NCBI GenBank assembly: GCA_000708835.1 | Contig: DF236955.1 | Coordinates: forward strand, 248,001 to 312,000 | DNA: 64,000 nt | DNA from: Klebsormidium nitens | Lineage: Eukaryota; Plantae; Klebsormidiophyceae | Direction of reading: 5' to 3' | Shown here: positions 22,851 to 35,524 of the stretch, one piece after another | How the letters are laid out: the number at the start of each line of letters is the position of its first letter | Numbering within the stretch: the first letter of the stretch is position 1 | Translations under genes and position numbers: made by a program | Notes under the pieces: generated by a model | What the model saw: only the letters and a program-made list of their open reading frames with translations | Told to the model about the DNA's origin: nothing | The model's database searches: none

Positions 22851-25800
22851 ATGAGCGCTAAGAAGGATGACGAGCGTCCGGAGGGCGCCTACAATCTGAC
22901 CTCACTACAAATCAGGTGAATCTCGGATGGTTCTTCCTGCTTCATGTCAGTAATCGCTAGAATCGTGGAACTGAGTCAACCGGTAAGCTGGTCCTGCTAA
23001 TGGCAAGCTGTTTGCATACGTGGCATAATGATCTCTGAGCTGCCTTCCGGTCAGGCAGGATTGCGAAACGGGGACTTGTGGAGTTGCCAGTTATGAGCAT
23101 CTCCAGCTCAAGGTGGTAGCTACACATTGCGTCGGGAAGATTTTTGCTTTCAGCTCAAACAAGTGCAGTAGCTCTGCCAAGCTAGACTTGAATTGTGGGA
23201 CAGCATTGCATCTGGCTATCTTCCAGGATCTTTTTGTTCATGAGGCCGCATAACTGGCTGGAGCAGTCAACCAGACTCACCTGATATGGAACTCAACTTT
23301 GAGGTTACTTGGTCTTGGCTGCAGGGATATGGTGTCCTATGTGCACCATAGCCTACGGATAATTGTCGACCACGACCAGAAGCGCTTGGTGCTTCTGGTG
23401 GACTATGGCCCTCCCACTAGAAGATGGAAGAAGTCATTCGAGGTCTGGCAGAGGTTTGTAAGCCAGGTAAGACATGGGACTACGGCTCGCACATCTTCTT
23501 GTCTATACTAAAACTAAATACTTTTGTTCTTCTGCAAGAGTACCCTGCCCGTGTGAACTGTGTAGAAGAGGGGCAGCATCGAAATCGGCATAGTGATTGC
23601 GGATGTTGCGATCTCTTGGTTGTTCTCAAGGAACTCGAATGGGCATCTGATGCAAACCAAGCTGAAGGTGTTTGATTGCGATCTCTAAGCTCATATTGCC
23701 TCTTACTCTTCCTATGCAGTCCCGGCGCTCCCCCTTTGTGAACCACCAGGAGCTGAAAAAGGTGCGCCGCTCTCGAGCTTCCAGCGACAATCTGGGGGGG
23801 TCTGAAAGCCAGGGCAACAGCCCCCTCGCTGGCCAAGCAAACGGCTTCTTTCGCCCCCTTCTCTCAGCCGCCAACCGGTTCTTTCCCCCTGTTAAGAGGG
23901 GGCCGTTTTATTGGCTCGGGGGGGTGGTTCCTGCTGTCAAGGAGCGGTGGAAGGTCCACGGGCTTTACGGCTGCCTCGGGTTCGAGGTGCGGTTAGCGGA
24001 CGTGGTTGGGCTTAACTACCTCAATGAGCTGCAAACGGGGGGCTGCCTGGCGCTCGAAGCAACCCAGGTCGTGAAGCGCGAGTTTCGGGATCTGTGCGAA
24101 GCAGTTGCTTGGTACAGGGGAGGTGATCTCCAACTGGGAGCGCAACTGGGAGCAGTGTCTTTAGGAAGCCGTGAGGCGCCGGAGGGCACGAAAATCGAAG
24201 GGCCAGGCCAACCCTGGGGGGGTGATGCCTTGGAAGGGGAACAGATCGAGGTGTCGTCGACCGCTGTGCGAAGGAGCAGCAGTTGGGGAAGGTTAAGCGC
24301 GGAAGTAGGAAACGAGGTGGGAGATTCGAATGGTCAGTATGGGGAGGGTGCAGAACCTGACGCAGCTGACCAAGATCCTCCTGTAGGCAGTTCCAGTACA
24401 GATAGCCCGCCAGCGGCACAGCCGCTGTCAACCGAGCTGTCCCTCGGTCCAGGTGGCTTCCTCGAAAAAGTCTGGGTGGAGACAGCAGAAACGCCAGAGA
24501 GGCGAGAGGGCTTTGCTTCGGCTGAACCCCCATTCACATTAAGGGGCCCCCTCCAGGTGCCAGAGTGTACAGTAACCAGCCCCGCTTATCATTCTGCTGC
24601 GGCAAGCCCCTCGCTTGCCAGGCCCGGTTTCGAAACTTTGTCTGCAAGCTGTAGAGCCAGTCGGAAGCTTGAGTTTGGTGCTGTCGGGTTCGAAGAGGGC
24701 TCTGATCCTGAGGAAACCAAAATGGTGAGGGCCGGTGTCGCTGAGAACGGGCTCGTTGAGAAGCCCTCAAGAGTTGGGACAGTAACTTCAGCGGAAGTCA
24801 GTGTGATAGCGTTTGAAACGGGCTCCAATCACAAGCCTCTGTCGGCGGACTCCTCAGCAGCCTTGGCAGTCAAAGTCAGCCGTCAGACAGTCACAAAGGG
24901 TCCCTCCCCAAGTGCGTCAGAAACAGGGGCGGCAAACTTCCATAGGCCCTCCAAGGCGTCGAGTTCCTCCCTACTGGCTCCCGATGGTGTCACCCGGGGA
25001 AGGGCGTTCCTGTCCAGCCTCCAGCCCTCCCACAGCAAGCTGCGCTTCCGGCGCCAGCGGAGCCGGTCGCTCGACGATCCGGTCGTGAAAGCCGTTCTCG
25101 ACCGGGTGGCCGAACAAGCTGCACGCATCGCCACCTTCCCAAAGCATTCGGACGGTTCTCGTCGAGCCAGCCTCCCGGCTCTACGTTCGGACGTCCGGCG
25201 GCACTCCAGCCCCTCGCTAGTTACGGCCGGCGTCAGCGAAGCCCAGCACTGGCAGACCGCAAACGGTTTGACACCGACGCTGCCCCGATTGCGTGTAACA
25301 GCCCGATTCCGCCAAAAAGATTCACCATCCCTATCGGAACCAGCCTCCCCGACCGAAACCTCCCCTAAACCTGCCCCGGTGGGTGAGGTTTACACAGACC
25401 GGCTGGTAGTGTTCCGGTTCCGGGATCCGCTCCTCCCAGACGCGCTGAGGGAAGCGATCACGACAGATCAGCGGCTGCTCAAGATGCTCGAATCGGGGCT
25501 GCCCACGTGGGCGATTCTGGTGCAGAGTTACCCGGCGCTGTGCCATGTGTACCGGCCCTGGATGCGGAGGGTAGCGGGGTATTTGTACTTTATCGTGTCA
25601 GCAGTCACGGTGCTCATTGGCTTCTACGACCTGTACAAGGTGAGGGGCGTCGACGGGCCATCGAAGATAGACTCAAGGTTATAAGAGGTTGCATCAAACT
25701 GCAGTTCTTTAGGAGCATTCAAGCAATTTTGTGAGACAGTTGGTGGTCGCGGATATATAAATGTTGAGACCTGAATTGGTTTGTTCTGGAAAAAAGTGTC

Positions 25801-28067
25801 TCTTGATCGAACGGCTGGCGAATGGAGGTGGTCTTGAGGTGCTCATTTATTCTGCTTGAAGGCCATGCTGCTACAGAACTTGGATCTACGAAGTCGAAAT
25901 TTCTTGGAGTATAATCGACACTCACCCTTCGCCGACATAGGTAATTTTGTTTTCTATCTGAAGCTTGCGTTCACCTTCGCACCTTCGGAAACACACCCCT
26001 TACGTGGACTCCCTTTCTCAAGCTCCAACGGCGAAAAACTTTTTGGAATCCTTCGCATGTTCTCAAGTCTTAATTCTGTACACCATTCTCATATAGGGAA
26101 ACCCATTACATATCCCCCTTTTCTACCCCCGGTGCAGAACCTGCCGTTCGTCCAGGACTCCCTGCACCGCTTGCTGGGCCCGCTGTACGAGTGGGTGGAC
26201 ACGTGGCAGATGGGCGCTCGCCTGGGCTACCTGGGCACCATGCTCTTCCTCCAAAACTTCCAAAAGGCGTTCCGCGCCGCCCAGGGCGTCGCCCGCAGCC
26301 TGCACTACCTCGGTTCCGTTGCGTTCCGCCCGGTGGCCGTTCCGCTGAGCTTGGCAGCGGAACTTTTCCGGCCGGTGGGGGCAGCTATCTGGGGGTTCAC
26401 CTGGGAAGTGGGGGCGCTGTTCGGGGGGGTGGGGTCCGCGTTGCTGGGGGCGGTTTGGTTCGTCGTGACGTATGTGGTCAGCCCCGTGGTGGGCTTTGTG
26501 CAGATGGTGGGAATGGCAGGTGAGAAATTAAAGCGATGGCCTCCCCTTTGTGCAGACGCACAATTCCTGTCGGACTTGTTACTTAAGCTGGCCGAACCGA
26601 CGCAGATTGTTTGCGAAGTCGGGTCGCAACAGCTCCGCGCCAATGTGCAATTCCAAGATGCAAATTTCTGCCTGTTGCGATATTTGCTACCTTTTGCTTC
26701 GGTATTTTGAACCCCGCATGAGCTCAGAAGATTCTTCTGAAGATGTCCCACACTTGAGTGCAGCTCAACTCGCCGTCTGAATACTCAACAGAAGCAACGT
26801 TGGTAGGCTCCGTGATCGATTCAGAAATATGCCCAACACCGGGCACACTCATTTTCGCCTCTGGTGACCCTTCAACTCCTGTTTCGGTTGTTGATTTTGG
26901 CTGTCACTCCTGCCTCCACACCCACCGTTTCGTACCCTCCAGGTCTCGAGCTGGTGTACCCCCTCTGGACCGCCGTCTCCTCCGCCCTCCTCCTGCCCCT
27001 CACCCTCCTCGCCAGCCTCTTCTCCGGGCTCGCCCCCCTCTTCTCGGCCGTCACCGAGTCCTTCCAGGCGACCTACGCGAGCGTTGCCGGAGCGGCGAGC
27101 ATCGTGAAACGGGTCCCCGCCCGGCAGGCCGTGTCGGCCGCGAAAGCTGCGTCAAAGGCCGGGAACGACGGGGTGTTCCGTGGGCTCTGGATGAGCCTCT
27201 ATACGGTGTGGAACGACCTGCTGTGGAAGGTGAGCCTTCGTTCTTACTTTGCTTGGAGAAGGTTTGTTGTGTTTGATCTGTAGATTCGGCGGAGAGCATG
27301 ACAAATCATGCGGGTCTATCGTGCCGCCTGCCATTTCAAAAAGGGTATCAGTGATTGGCACTGGTCATTACCAACTTGAGTAATCCAGTCTCATCTCGAA
27401 CAGGCCCAAATGTTTCGTTTTCATTTTAGAAGCATAGTCCCTGAGTCAAAGCGGCGAACACAGGCCAGACTCGTTCACGCCGCTTTACTGAGCCACGTGA
27501 TGTGTTGCCACGCTGAACAGACGTTGGTGGCAGTGTTTGGTACGAGAACCGAAAATTTCAGGGTTTAGTGGTCAATGTGAGACTCGCCGCCTGCTCTTCC
27601 AAGCGATTCGCCAACTTTTCGCATTCCTGACGGCACGGAGACTGTTTGGCGGTAGATGGGGGGCGTATCATGAAGCTGATGCTCTTCTCAGGTTTCCCAA
27701 CTTCTTGGTTCCTCCCGCTGGCCATTGTTTGGCTTCTGTAACAAACACCTGCGCATTGACTGCTCTCTGCCGCTTTCTGCAGGTGTTTGGAGCTCTGCGC
27801 AGGATTGTGTTTGGATTCCTGGCGTTCATTCTCGAGATCAACAAGCACCGCCTGAGCACGTACAACCACGTCGTGGCCTGCCTCGTTGAGGCGGAGAATG
27901 CCACGTGGCAGTGCATCATTGGAATGGAAGAAATGATAGTTAACTTCCTTGCTCGATCGAGATCAAGCCTGAGTGCCTTGGTTAGAGTCAAGCCATTCGG
28001 CAGAAGCCCAGAAAGCTGTCTGGTTTTCTATGACGCACGGGAATACTTTGACGAAATGATCAACTGA
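22851..28067 (+). CDS. Plant-conserved uncharacterised multi-pass membrane protein, ~1026 aa; join(22851..22915,23325..23466,23720..25639,26138..26519,26943..27229,27783..28067)
   Basis: All six exons join in frame with GT-AG introns. Motifs WQRFVSQSRRSPFVN, YTDRLVVFRFRDPLLP...LLKMLESGLPTW...QSYP..CHVYRPWM...SAVTVLIGFYDLYKNLP and LGYLGTMLFLQNFQKA, plus NKHRLSTYNH, match a land-plant hypothetical family recalled from memory. Several hydrophobic segments. Confidence 0.85.
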
Positions 28068-29525
28068 TTAGATGCAAGCTTGTGAGATATCGCTGATGAT
28101 ACGTCGAGCGATACAAGACTCTGTGCTGCCACTTATAATCAGAGCACCGAAGGCAGAACGTAGGTGTCTTAATTACAGACAGTCTTTCAAAGTGAGAAAG
28201 AAGTACTCATGTCGCTCAGAAGTTCTGAACAGTACTTCAAACGCGAGCCTACTGCCGCCTAAAATGTACGATCGAAGAGCGAGCCTCGAAATGTATCTAA
28301 TGTCCTCGCTTTCTGTACGCGCATGATCAGAGCGACTTTTGATCATGTGAATCGCTCCAGCTTGCACCCGGTGACATGTGCATTGAAGTCAGTGTAACAT
28401 GATGCAGAGCTATGCTAGGCGTAGAATTTGATCAGTCATGCACGTAACAACAGATCGCGATCCTCGCCGGCGTCAAACCTTACTTTGAATGAGCTGGCTA
28501 GCTTTGAGTTAGTACCTAGTCCGACGATGTTGATATACATCGACTGCGCGCCGGCAGCGCATAATTACCCCTGTGATGGCCTAGGCCACTTGCACATGCG
28601 GTACCGACATGTATGCTCGCCCCGATTGCCAGGAGTCACGTTCAACGGTTGCGCGTACAACGATCTATGTGTAAACCTGAACGCTATCCGAATCTGCGGG
28701 CCCGTCATGGATGCAGGGCAGCAGGCTGATGCCAAAAGGTACAGCAACACAATGGACCATGTGTGATCAAGAGAATGGCTGTCCGCAAAACAAGACAGGC
28801 CACCGGTACGCGTTCGCCCGCGGCCATCATACAATTCTTGCATGCGTCTTGTGGTGAACTTCACGGTCGATTGAGTATGTAGAGCTGACGTGTCTGGCAA
28901 AGACGTACTCCACATGCGTAATGCTGCGCGATTGTCCGGTAAAAGTTGCATATAGACGTCATGCATGTCATCGTGTTAAGTTTTAAAAGTTCCTGACGAT
29001 GGACGTGTGCCGAATTCAGGGCGAAGTGCCGACAGCTAGCGCAATAGGTGTAACAAGACGTTTGGAAAAGCCGGGGAAAGTGCCAGGACTTTGGGATGCA
29101 AGCTTTTGCCAGCGGTTGATGAACTTAATGACAGATGCGACCTGGCTATTGCAGCTCTTTAAACGATTCAAGACTCAGATTTACAGATTTTCCGAATATA
29201 TGCTGCAAGTATCGGTCTCTGGCTTTCACTTTCACAGGATCGTCCAGGGCTTTGCCCTCTTCCTTTCAACTGTACCTATCTGCTGACAGTTTCAAACACT
29301 TCTTGTCGACGTACACACCAGCCGGCTCGAGGACCTCTCAGACAACTTTACTTCGATGATACAGTCGGTCTATTTTCCTAGATTCAAAGTTGGCACGGCC
29401 ACTTTCCCGTCAATTACAATAAAAATGGCTGCAGTCTTCTAAACCTCAGTGTACACTCTGCAAACTCAAAACTCAACTCCTTTTCTTTTCAAGACTTGTC
29501 CTTTGATTTCTTTCATTTTGCCCCC

Positions 29526-32277
29526 TCAGTCCACCAGTGTCAGCTTCTCGTACTCGGGCCCCGCCACCGCCTTGCGCACGATGACCATCGGGTCGATGTC
29601 CCCGTCGTTGTCCAGGAACAGCTTCAGGATGTTCTTCGAGAACCCGGACACCATGGCCACCCCGCGCTGCGTCGCGATCACGGGCGTGCTCGAAGTGTCC
29701 CGCATGTTCCAGAACACGATTTCCGGCGGCGTTCCGTAGCCCGCCTCCCGGAACTTCCGCTCAATCTCCGCGTAGTCCGTTTGGTACGGCCGCGCGCTCG
29801 CGGCGTCAAACTCCATGTCGCTGAACACGAAGAGGCGACGCACCATGGCGTCCGGCGGGAGGTTGGTCGCCTGCGCGAGCGCCAGCATGTTGTCGAAAAC
29901 CTTCTGGAAGTCGGTGGTCATGTTCCACTGCATTTGCGACACGAAGCGGTATTTCTCCCGCAGGTTACCCCCCCGCACCTCGTGCATCTGCGGGTTTGCG
30001 CTGAACGTGATCAGCTTGCCCCCCCACGGCGCCTCCGCCAGTTCTGCCACCAGCATCCCGAGCGCGATCGCGACCTGGATCGGCGTTCCGTACATCGACC
30101 CGCTGACGTCACAGATAGCCATGCAGTTGGCCAGGCTGCCCTTCTGCTTCAGATCCGCCACGATCCGCTCCCACTGCCGTTCCGCCACCTCCGCCCCGGC
30201 GCCGGAACCGGTCACCGCCTCCTGCAGCACCTCGTGCGGCAGCACCGCCCCCGCCGCGATCTTGGTCTTCCCGGCCGCCACGTCCGCGAGGAACGCCTCG
30301 AAGCGCTCCTTGTCGTGCTTCACGAACACGTCCTTGTTCATGCGCATGCACACGCTCGGCACGCGCTTGTACTGCACCTCGTGCCACCGTTGCGCCGCGA
30401 AGAAAACCTCCGGCACCGCCAGCGCCGCGCGGAGCGGCGTCAGCACCGAGCGCCGCAGCTGGTCACGCGCGCGCGCCGCGTCCTCCGCCTCCGACAGCCC
30501 CGCCTCGGCCGCCCCCCGGGGGAACATCCGCCGCGCGATCGCCTCGCACAGCAGCGTCGCGCGGTCGTAGCTCTTGTCCGGGCTGGGCGCCCACTTGGCC
30601 GCCAGGCTGACGTCATACGGCCGCCCCGCGCGCAGGCTGTCCACGTCGCGCGCCAGCTGCTCCGCGAACACGTCCGCCACCGTGTCGTGCAGCGCGCGGT
30701 AGCTCCCGTTGTGGGCGTAGACGCGCACCGAGCGCGCCGCGAGCTCGTACTCGCGCTCCTTGCGCTCCACGCGCGCGCGCTCGCCCGCCTCCTTGTTCTT
30801 CTCCAGCTGCAGCGCGATGCGCTCCTCTCGCGGCTTCAGCGTCCCCTCCCGCTTCGCCACCCGGGCAGCCTCGCCCTTCTTGTGCTTCCGCCCCCCTCAG
30901 CGCCAGCCAAACGACCCCCCCAAAGCGTCTGCCGGCCCCCCTGCCCCGGCTCCCGGCCCCCCTCTGCACAGCGAACACCCCCGCCTGCTTCACGCTCTCC
31001 TTGCGGGCCGCCCGCGCCTTGCCGGCCTTGACCGCCACGTCGTGGGTTGCCTTCTGCTGTGCGCGCTGGGCAGTCCCCTCCGGACCCTCCAGGACTCTGC
31101 GAGAGAAGAGAAGATGAGGGTTAGACTCACCGAGATCTGACAGAGCTGGAAGGCTGTCAAAGATTTTGGTGGAATTAGACTCTTGAAGTATTGAGTTTCA
31201 AGTGTAGAGTGCAGAGGGAAGCTATGAACTAGAGTGCTTTGAAGTACAGGTCGAGGACCAGAGTCTTTGAACAAAAGCACTGATGTAACAAGGAGACACA
31301 AACGCAACTAGCCTTCAATCAATCTGCGAGATTCCAAAATGAAGACATAGACCATCACCAATGAATACCACTCAGAACCAGATACGATTTACAAACTTGG
31401 TTCACGAATCGCCACGCCCGAACTTCGTCATTCATTTTCTGGCAAAAGATATCAGGAAACATGCAAACGCTGGCAAAACGCTCCAGCGAACACCGGGAAC
31501 CAGCCAGTCAGTAGCCTCTTCCAAGCCGCTCTAAACAAAAAAACTCATTCTTCTTCTGAATCTAGGTGCTTTCTCAGAATCCAGTCCCACAAGAGTCATC
31601 AGGCACCCTCCTCTTTCAGTCTTTTCCTTGAACAAACGCAAAGTATCAAAGGTTTGTCAAACAAGATCACAAGCTTTACATGGACTGCATGTCAGATCTA
31701 AACTCGAAAGCAACATGGAATTGAAAGCACTGAGATCCGCGGCGCACCTGAGCACGATTTCCAGCAGGTCCTTGTCGTACCCGAACACGCCGACCTGCCT
31801 CAGGTTGCCCAGCAGCGTCCCCGGGTGCTGCTCCGCCAGCCACAGCCCCCCCGTGTAGAAGCCCCCCTTCTCGGACTTGCCCGTCCCGCGCACCCCCCTG
31901 AGATGGAACAGCAGCTTCAGCGCCAGCAGGGGGTCCTCCTTCCACGCCGCCCCCAGCAGCTGGCGCACCCTTTCAGGGGGGGTGTCCGCGACGACCTGGA
32001 AGAAGAAGTCCAGGCACGCGCTGCCGGATTGGGTGAACGTCCAGGAGCTGTTCTCCGTGTACCCCATGGGGGGGCGCGGGATGTGCTGGAAGCCTGCCTG
32101 GAGGGCCCCCCCGGAGAGCATGCTCAGGAAGGGGTTGGTGTCAGACCCCCCCTCAGTGGAAGTGGAGGAGTTCCCAGCCTGCTTCTGCCGCTGCTGCCAC
32201 GCTGCCAAACCTTTGGGACCCGCGAGAGTGGAGGGGGCGGAGGAGGAGGCAATGGGGAGGCTGCCCTTGATCACCAT
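29526..32277 (-). CDS. DUF2828 family protein (TROVE-like N-terminus plus vWA domain; mimivirus L728-like); two exons, apparent +1 frameshift at 30891-30896
   Basis: MGYTENSSWTF..SGSACLDFFFQV, AWKEDPLLALKLLFHLRGVRGTGK, VSLAAKWAPS, Y.RVPSVCM, vWA MIDAS ICDVSGSM, ITFSANP and FVFSDMEFD. Intron 31747..31097 joins EIVLR|VLEGP in frame. Confidence 0.92.
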
Positions 32278-32665
32278 GTTCGCGAGAGGTGGCTTCTTAG
32301 CGCGAAAGCGAGGGTTTCTTGCTGGACGTCGCGCTGATTCTTTGGAGAGAATGCTGGCAAGACCTGCTGGCTGCCCTTGATGTTTGCTGAGGGGAAATGT
32401 GCTTCCTCAAAGAAGGTCGGGAGGTTTTTTGAGATAGCCGGTGAGCCTGTGCAATGCCGGGCAATGCTTCACATGCATTGCAGCCTAAGCAAGCTCCTTT
32501 GCATTACATCGGCTTGCGACCGCTTTCAATAGCAGCTTAGCACAACAACGCACACTCGAGTCAGCCGTTGGAAGCTAGCTTCAAGTTAGACTCAGCACGT
32601 CACGTCGGCGTCACCGGTCGCGCAACCAGGGGTCCCCCGAGAGATTTTGGAATTCCGGACGGTCG

Positions 32666-32760
32666 GACCGTGCGCGGTCGACTCACGGCGCGGCCGCGGC
32701 GCGGCCCTGCCGTACCGCGCGCGGCGCTGACCTAGGCGCCCGCGGCCGCGGTCACTCACT
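32666..32760. promoter_or_regulatory. CpG-rich palindrome cluster in the divergent promoter between the DUF2828 and F-box genes
   Basis: CGCGGCCGCG at 32689 and 32741, CCGCGCGCGG at 32715 and a GACCG-n4-CGGTC hairpin at 32666. A regulatory role is inferred from position only. Confidence 0.3.
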
Positions 32761-32852
32761 GCTTGGGCAGGGACGGCTTAGAATCAGACATCAGATATCG
32801 TTTCCTGACATACAAGTAGGTCAAGCAAGCCTACAGGCACCTATAGGCAGCT

Positions 32853-34208
32853 ATGGCGCTCTTTGAGCAGCTGCCGGAGGACGTCAACCTTCTCATTTGC
32901 CGCTTCGTTTCTGCTCTAGACCTGGACCTTGAGCAGCTTGGCTGGCTGAGACGAGTTTCCAAAGCATGGAAGCAGGCAGTGGAGGATGGAGACCTGGGAA
33001 GCGCAGGGGCTTTTCACAAGGCAGGTCTGCCAAAGTTTGTTTGTCGGGTGACCCGGAGCAGTGAGAGGACGACCTATCCAGGGCTTGGAATACTAAGTGA
33101 AGACGGAGAGACTCTTCATGTTCATCCCTTCAAATCAGGAGCTTTTGGAAAGGGCTGGACAGGCGTGGGGGGTGCGCATTCTGACGAAGTCTGGATTGAT
33201 ATTCCAGAAAGCACTGTGGTTGTTGGTCATACTCTATACGTTCTGAGCGAGCCTCAATGCCCAGAAGGTTCTTTGAAGAAGGTACCGACGATGCGCCTTC
33301 GGTCCTTTGACTTGAAGTCAGGGAACGGCTGGCAGGAGAGAGCAAGTCTGCTATACGATGAAGAAAGGACACCATTTTCACCCGCATTGGAGTGCTTTCA
33401 TCGCGCACGCAAACGCATCGAGCTGCCAGCGCAGACTAGCTTCACTGTGGTGGCCTCTAAGCAGTTCATCTTTGTGCTAAGCTTCGCACTAGCGAACAAA
33501 GAGCACTTTTCAACTACCAAGTGTCTGCAAGGGAGCCTCTACGACACTTTGAAGGATACATGGAGTCCCTTCCCATTACCGCGTCCCTTTGCGCTTGGAT
33601 GCCAACTTGAAGGATTCTCTTTGTTCTCTAGTGGTCTGACCGAGCTCTTCCTTTGCGGTACTGCAAGAAGCGAACAGCTCTACCTCCTGTTGAATGGGAC
33701 ATATTTCGTACGCTCCTTAAGAGCTGAAGAACTAGACAGGCCCTGGCAGACCATATCTTTCATGGATGCAGACGGAAAACCGGAACATGTCAGGGCCTTC
33801 TCTTTGGCAATCTCAAAATCGGCCGGCGGTTTCGACGATTTCAGCGTCCTGGCACATCCGTTGTACAAAGGTGCTACCTCGGAAGCGCGTGCAAGAATCA
33901 GAGTCAAAAGATTTCGAGCTGCACCGGACCTGCAAAGGTTTGCGGATTCAATTCGGCACTTCACATCCAAGCCTTTCTCGTTGGTAGAGGGGTTCGTATG
34001 GAAGCAGCCGCTACTCGGTGCGTTCGACTTGTACTCCCTTCATCGCCTCCATGTAGTAGGAGGAGAGCCACTGATTTTGGGCCGATTAGCAGGCAGGTGG
34101 CAGCGACATGCCGAAAAGACAATCCACTATCAGAAAGCTTCCCAATGTGGTCATCCGCTCGAAGTCTGGTGGTCCGCTTTGCTCCCTATTTCCGCAAAAA
34201 GCGAATGA
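32853..34208 (+). CDS. Intronless F-box protein with divergent kelch-like repeats, 451 aa
   Basis: N-terminal F-box LFEQLPEDVNLLICRFV...LRRVSKAWKQAV. Kelch-like pieces: VVVGHTLYVL, WQERASL, FIFVLS and SLYDTLKDTWSP. Single uninterrupted ORF. Confidence 0.85.
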   Translation: MALFEQLPEDVNLLICRFVSALDLDLEQLGWLRRVSKAWKQAVEDGDLGSAGAFHKAGLPKFVCRVTRSSERTTYPGLGILSEDGETLHVHPFKSGAFGKGWTGVGGAHSDEVWIDIPESTVVVGHTLYVLSEPQCPEGSLKKVPTMRLRSFDLKSGNGWQERASLLYDEERTPFSPALECFHRARKRIELPAQTSFTVVASKQFIFVLSFALANKEHFSTTKCLQGSLYDTLKDTWSPFPLPRPFALGCQLEGFSLFSSGLTELFLCGTARSEQLYLLLNGTYFVRSLRAEELDRPWQTISFMDADGKPEHVRAFSLAISKSAGGFDDFSVLAHPLYKGATSEARARIRVKRFRAAPDLQRFADSIRHFTSKPFSLVEGFVWKQPLLGAFDLYSLHRLHVVGGEPLILGRLAGRWQRHAEKTIHYQKASQCGHPLEVWWSALLPISAKSE

Positions 34209-35524
34209 GACACTGGATAATGCGGCAAAGGTTGTCGTCTCAGGCACTGCTGTATAGAGGAAGTTCTTCATATGAGATCGATTGAAGGGAAGTAGAGAAC
34301 ATCCTGTAGATTCACGTCAGCATCTCGACTTTTGAGGAGCGAACAGACAAGAGTCCGACGGATGGAAGCTTTCGATCTACAAATAGCTCGGAAGCTGGCA
34401 ACTATCAAGAATACGTTCTCTTCCAGCATGCTGGTTGATTGCCGGCCGGCCTTGTAAGCTTTGACAGAGGTCTCGTCAGTCACTCCAAGTAACCTCGGCC
34501 CCACCAAGACTATTGTAGCTGTCAGTATTTCGCATCTGATTGGCATCAGTGCAGCCGGAAAACATCTTATGTTGCTCCTCCTTGTTCCAACTGGACTTGG
34601 TACTAAATCTTCGAATGGGTGTCGGACCCCAAGGAGCTCGTGAGCATTGTAAGCATCTACTTTTCATATGGTGCTTGCGAACGTAGGTACATCCTTGTCC
34701 AGGTTCAGTCGTAAAGAGGTACTTGACCTTAGCATGCGTTGGGACCAAGTGCCGAATTCCTTCGTACTTTTCTTGCACGTTTGTTTCATGCAATACCATC
34801 GTGTGGCATGCGACGCAAGATTTCAAAACTCTTGTGTTTTTCAAGTTGGCCTTGGCATGACAAAATGATTTGTACCATGATATGTGAAAGATCTTTTCCG
34901 AAACAGAGCAGAGAACATCCTGAGAAAGGGAGGTAGTAGCGCAGATGTTATGGGCGTGTAATGTGCAGACGGCATATGTTGAGGGCAGGGCCGGCCAGTT
35001 GCGGCTCATGTGATCTCAATCTCACGGGTTATAGTACTGCTCAGTATAATTCAGATTGGGAAGTGCATTAAAGCCGGCCAATCGTGCACCGCCTCCAAGT
35101 GCATCTGGAAAATCGTTCTAGCAGTTTGCGATATGCAACGTCCGAAAAGAAAGTGTGCACGTTTTCAAAGATGGTTGTCATTTAAAAGGTTCAATACAGC
35201 AACTGCAATCGCAGTGCTTTATCGCTTCCATTATGTACAAAACTCTGCTTTGAATTAGTTTGGTCGGACTATATTGTGCACGCAAGGGACCTCGCAGACA
35301 CGTTTGGTCTGTCACGTTCATTCTTTCTATCGCCTGGCCTGGGTAACGTTTTGAGTGACAAACCACTCGCATGCGGCTCTGCCCAGCTCTCACGAACACA
35401 ACAACGTTATAGAGATTCTCGTGTCCTTCCAGACTGGCGAGAATTCTGCCTACCTAATCCTGATCGAAATAGCAATCTGAAACTTAATGTTGCCAGCTAG
35501 CTTGCATCTCCGTTCTACTCTTTT

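Noticed and set aside
29496-31031. 511-aa plus-strand ORF (and similar long overlapping ORFs such as 11077..11949 and 17456..18196)
   Set aside because: Antisense shadows of GC3-rich real exons (DUF2828, PA200); low-complexity Arg/Pro/Ala translations with no motifs.
34268-35009. Minus-strand ORFs of 92 and 177 aa between the F-box gene and the LINE
   Set aside because: No recognisable motif or consistent splice structure; could be a decayed gene or TE, but unsupported.
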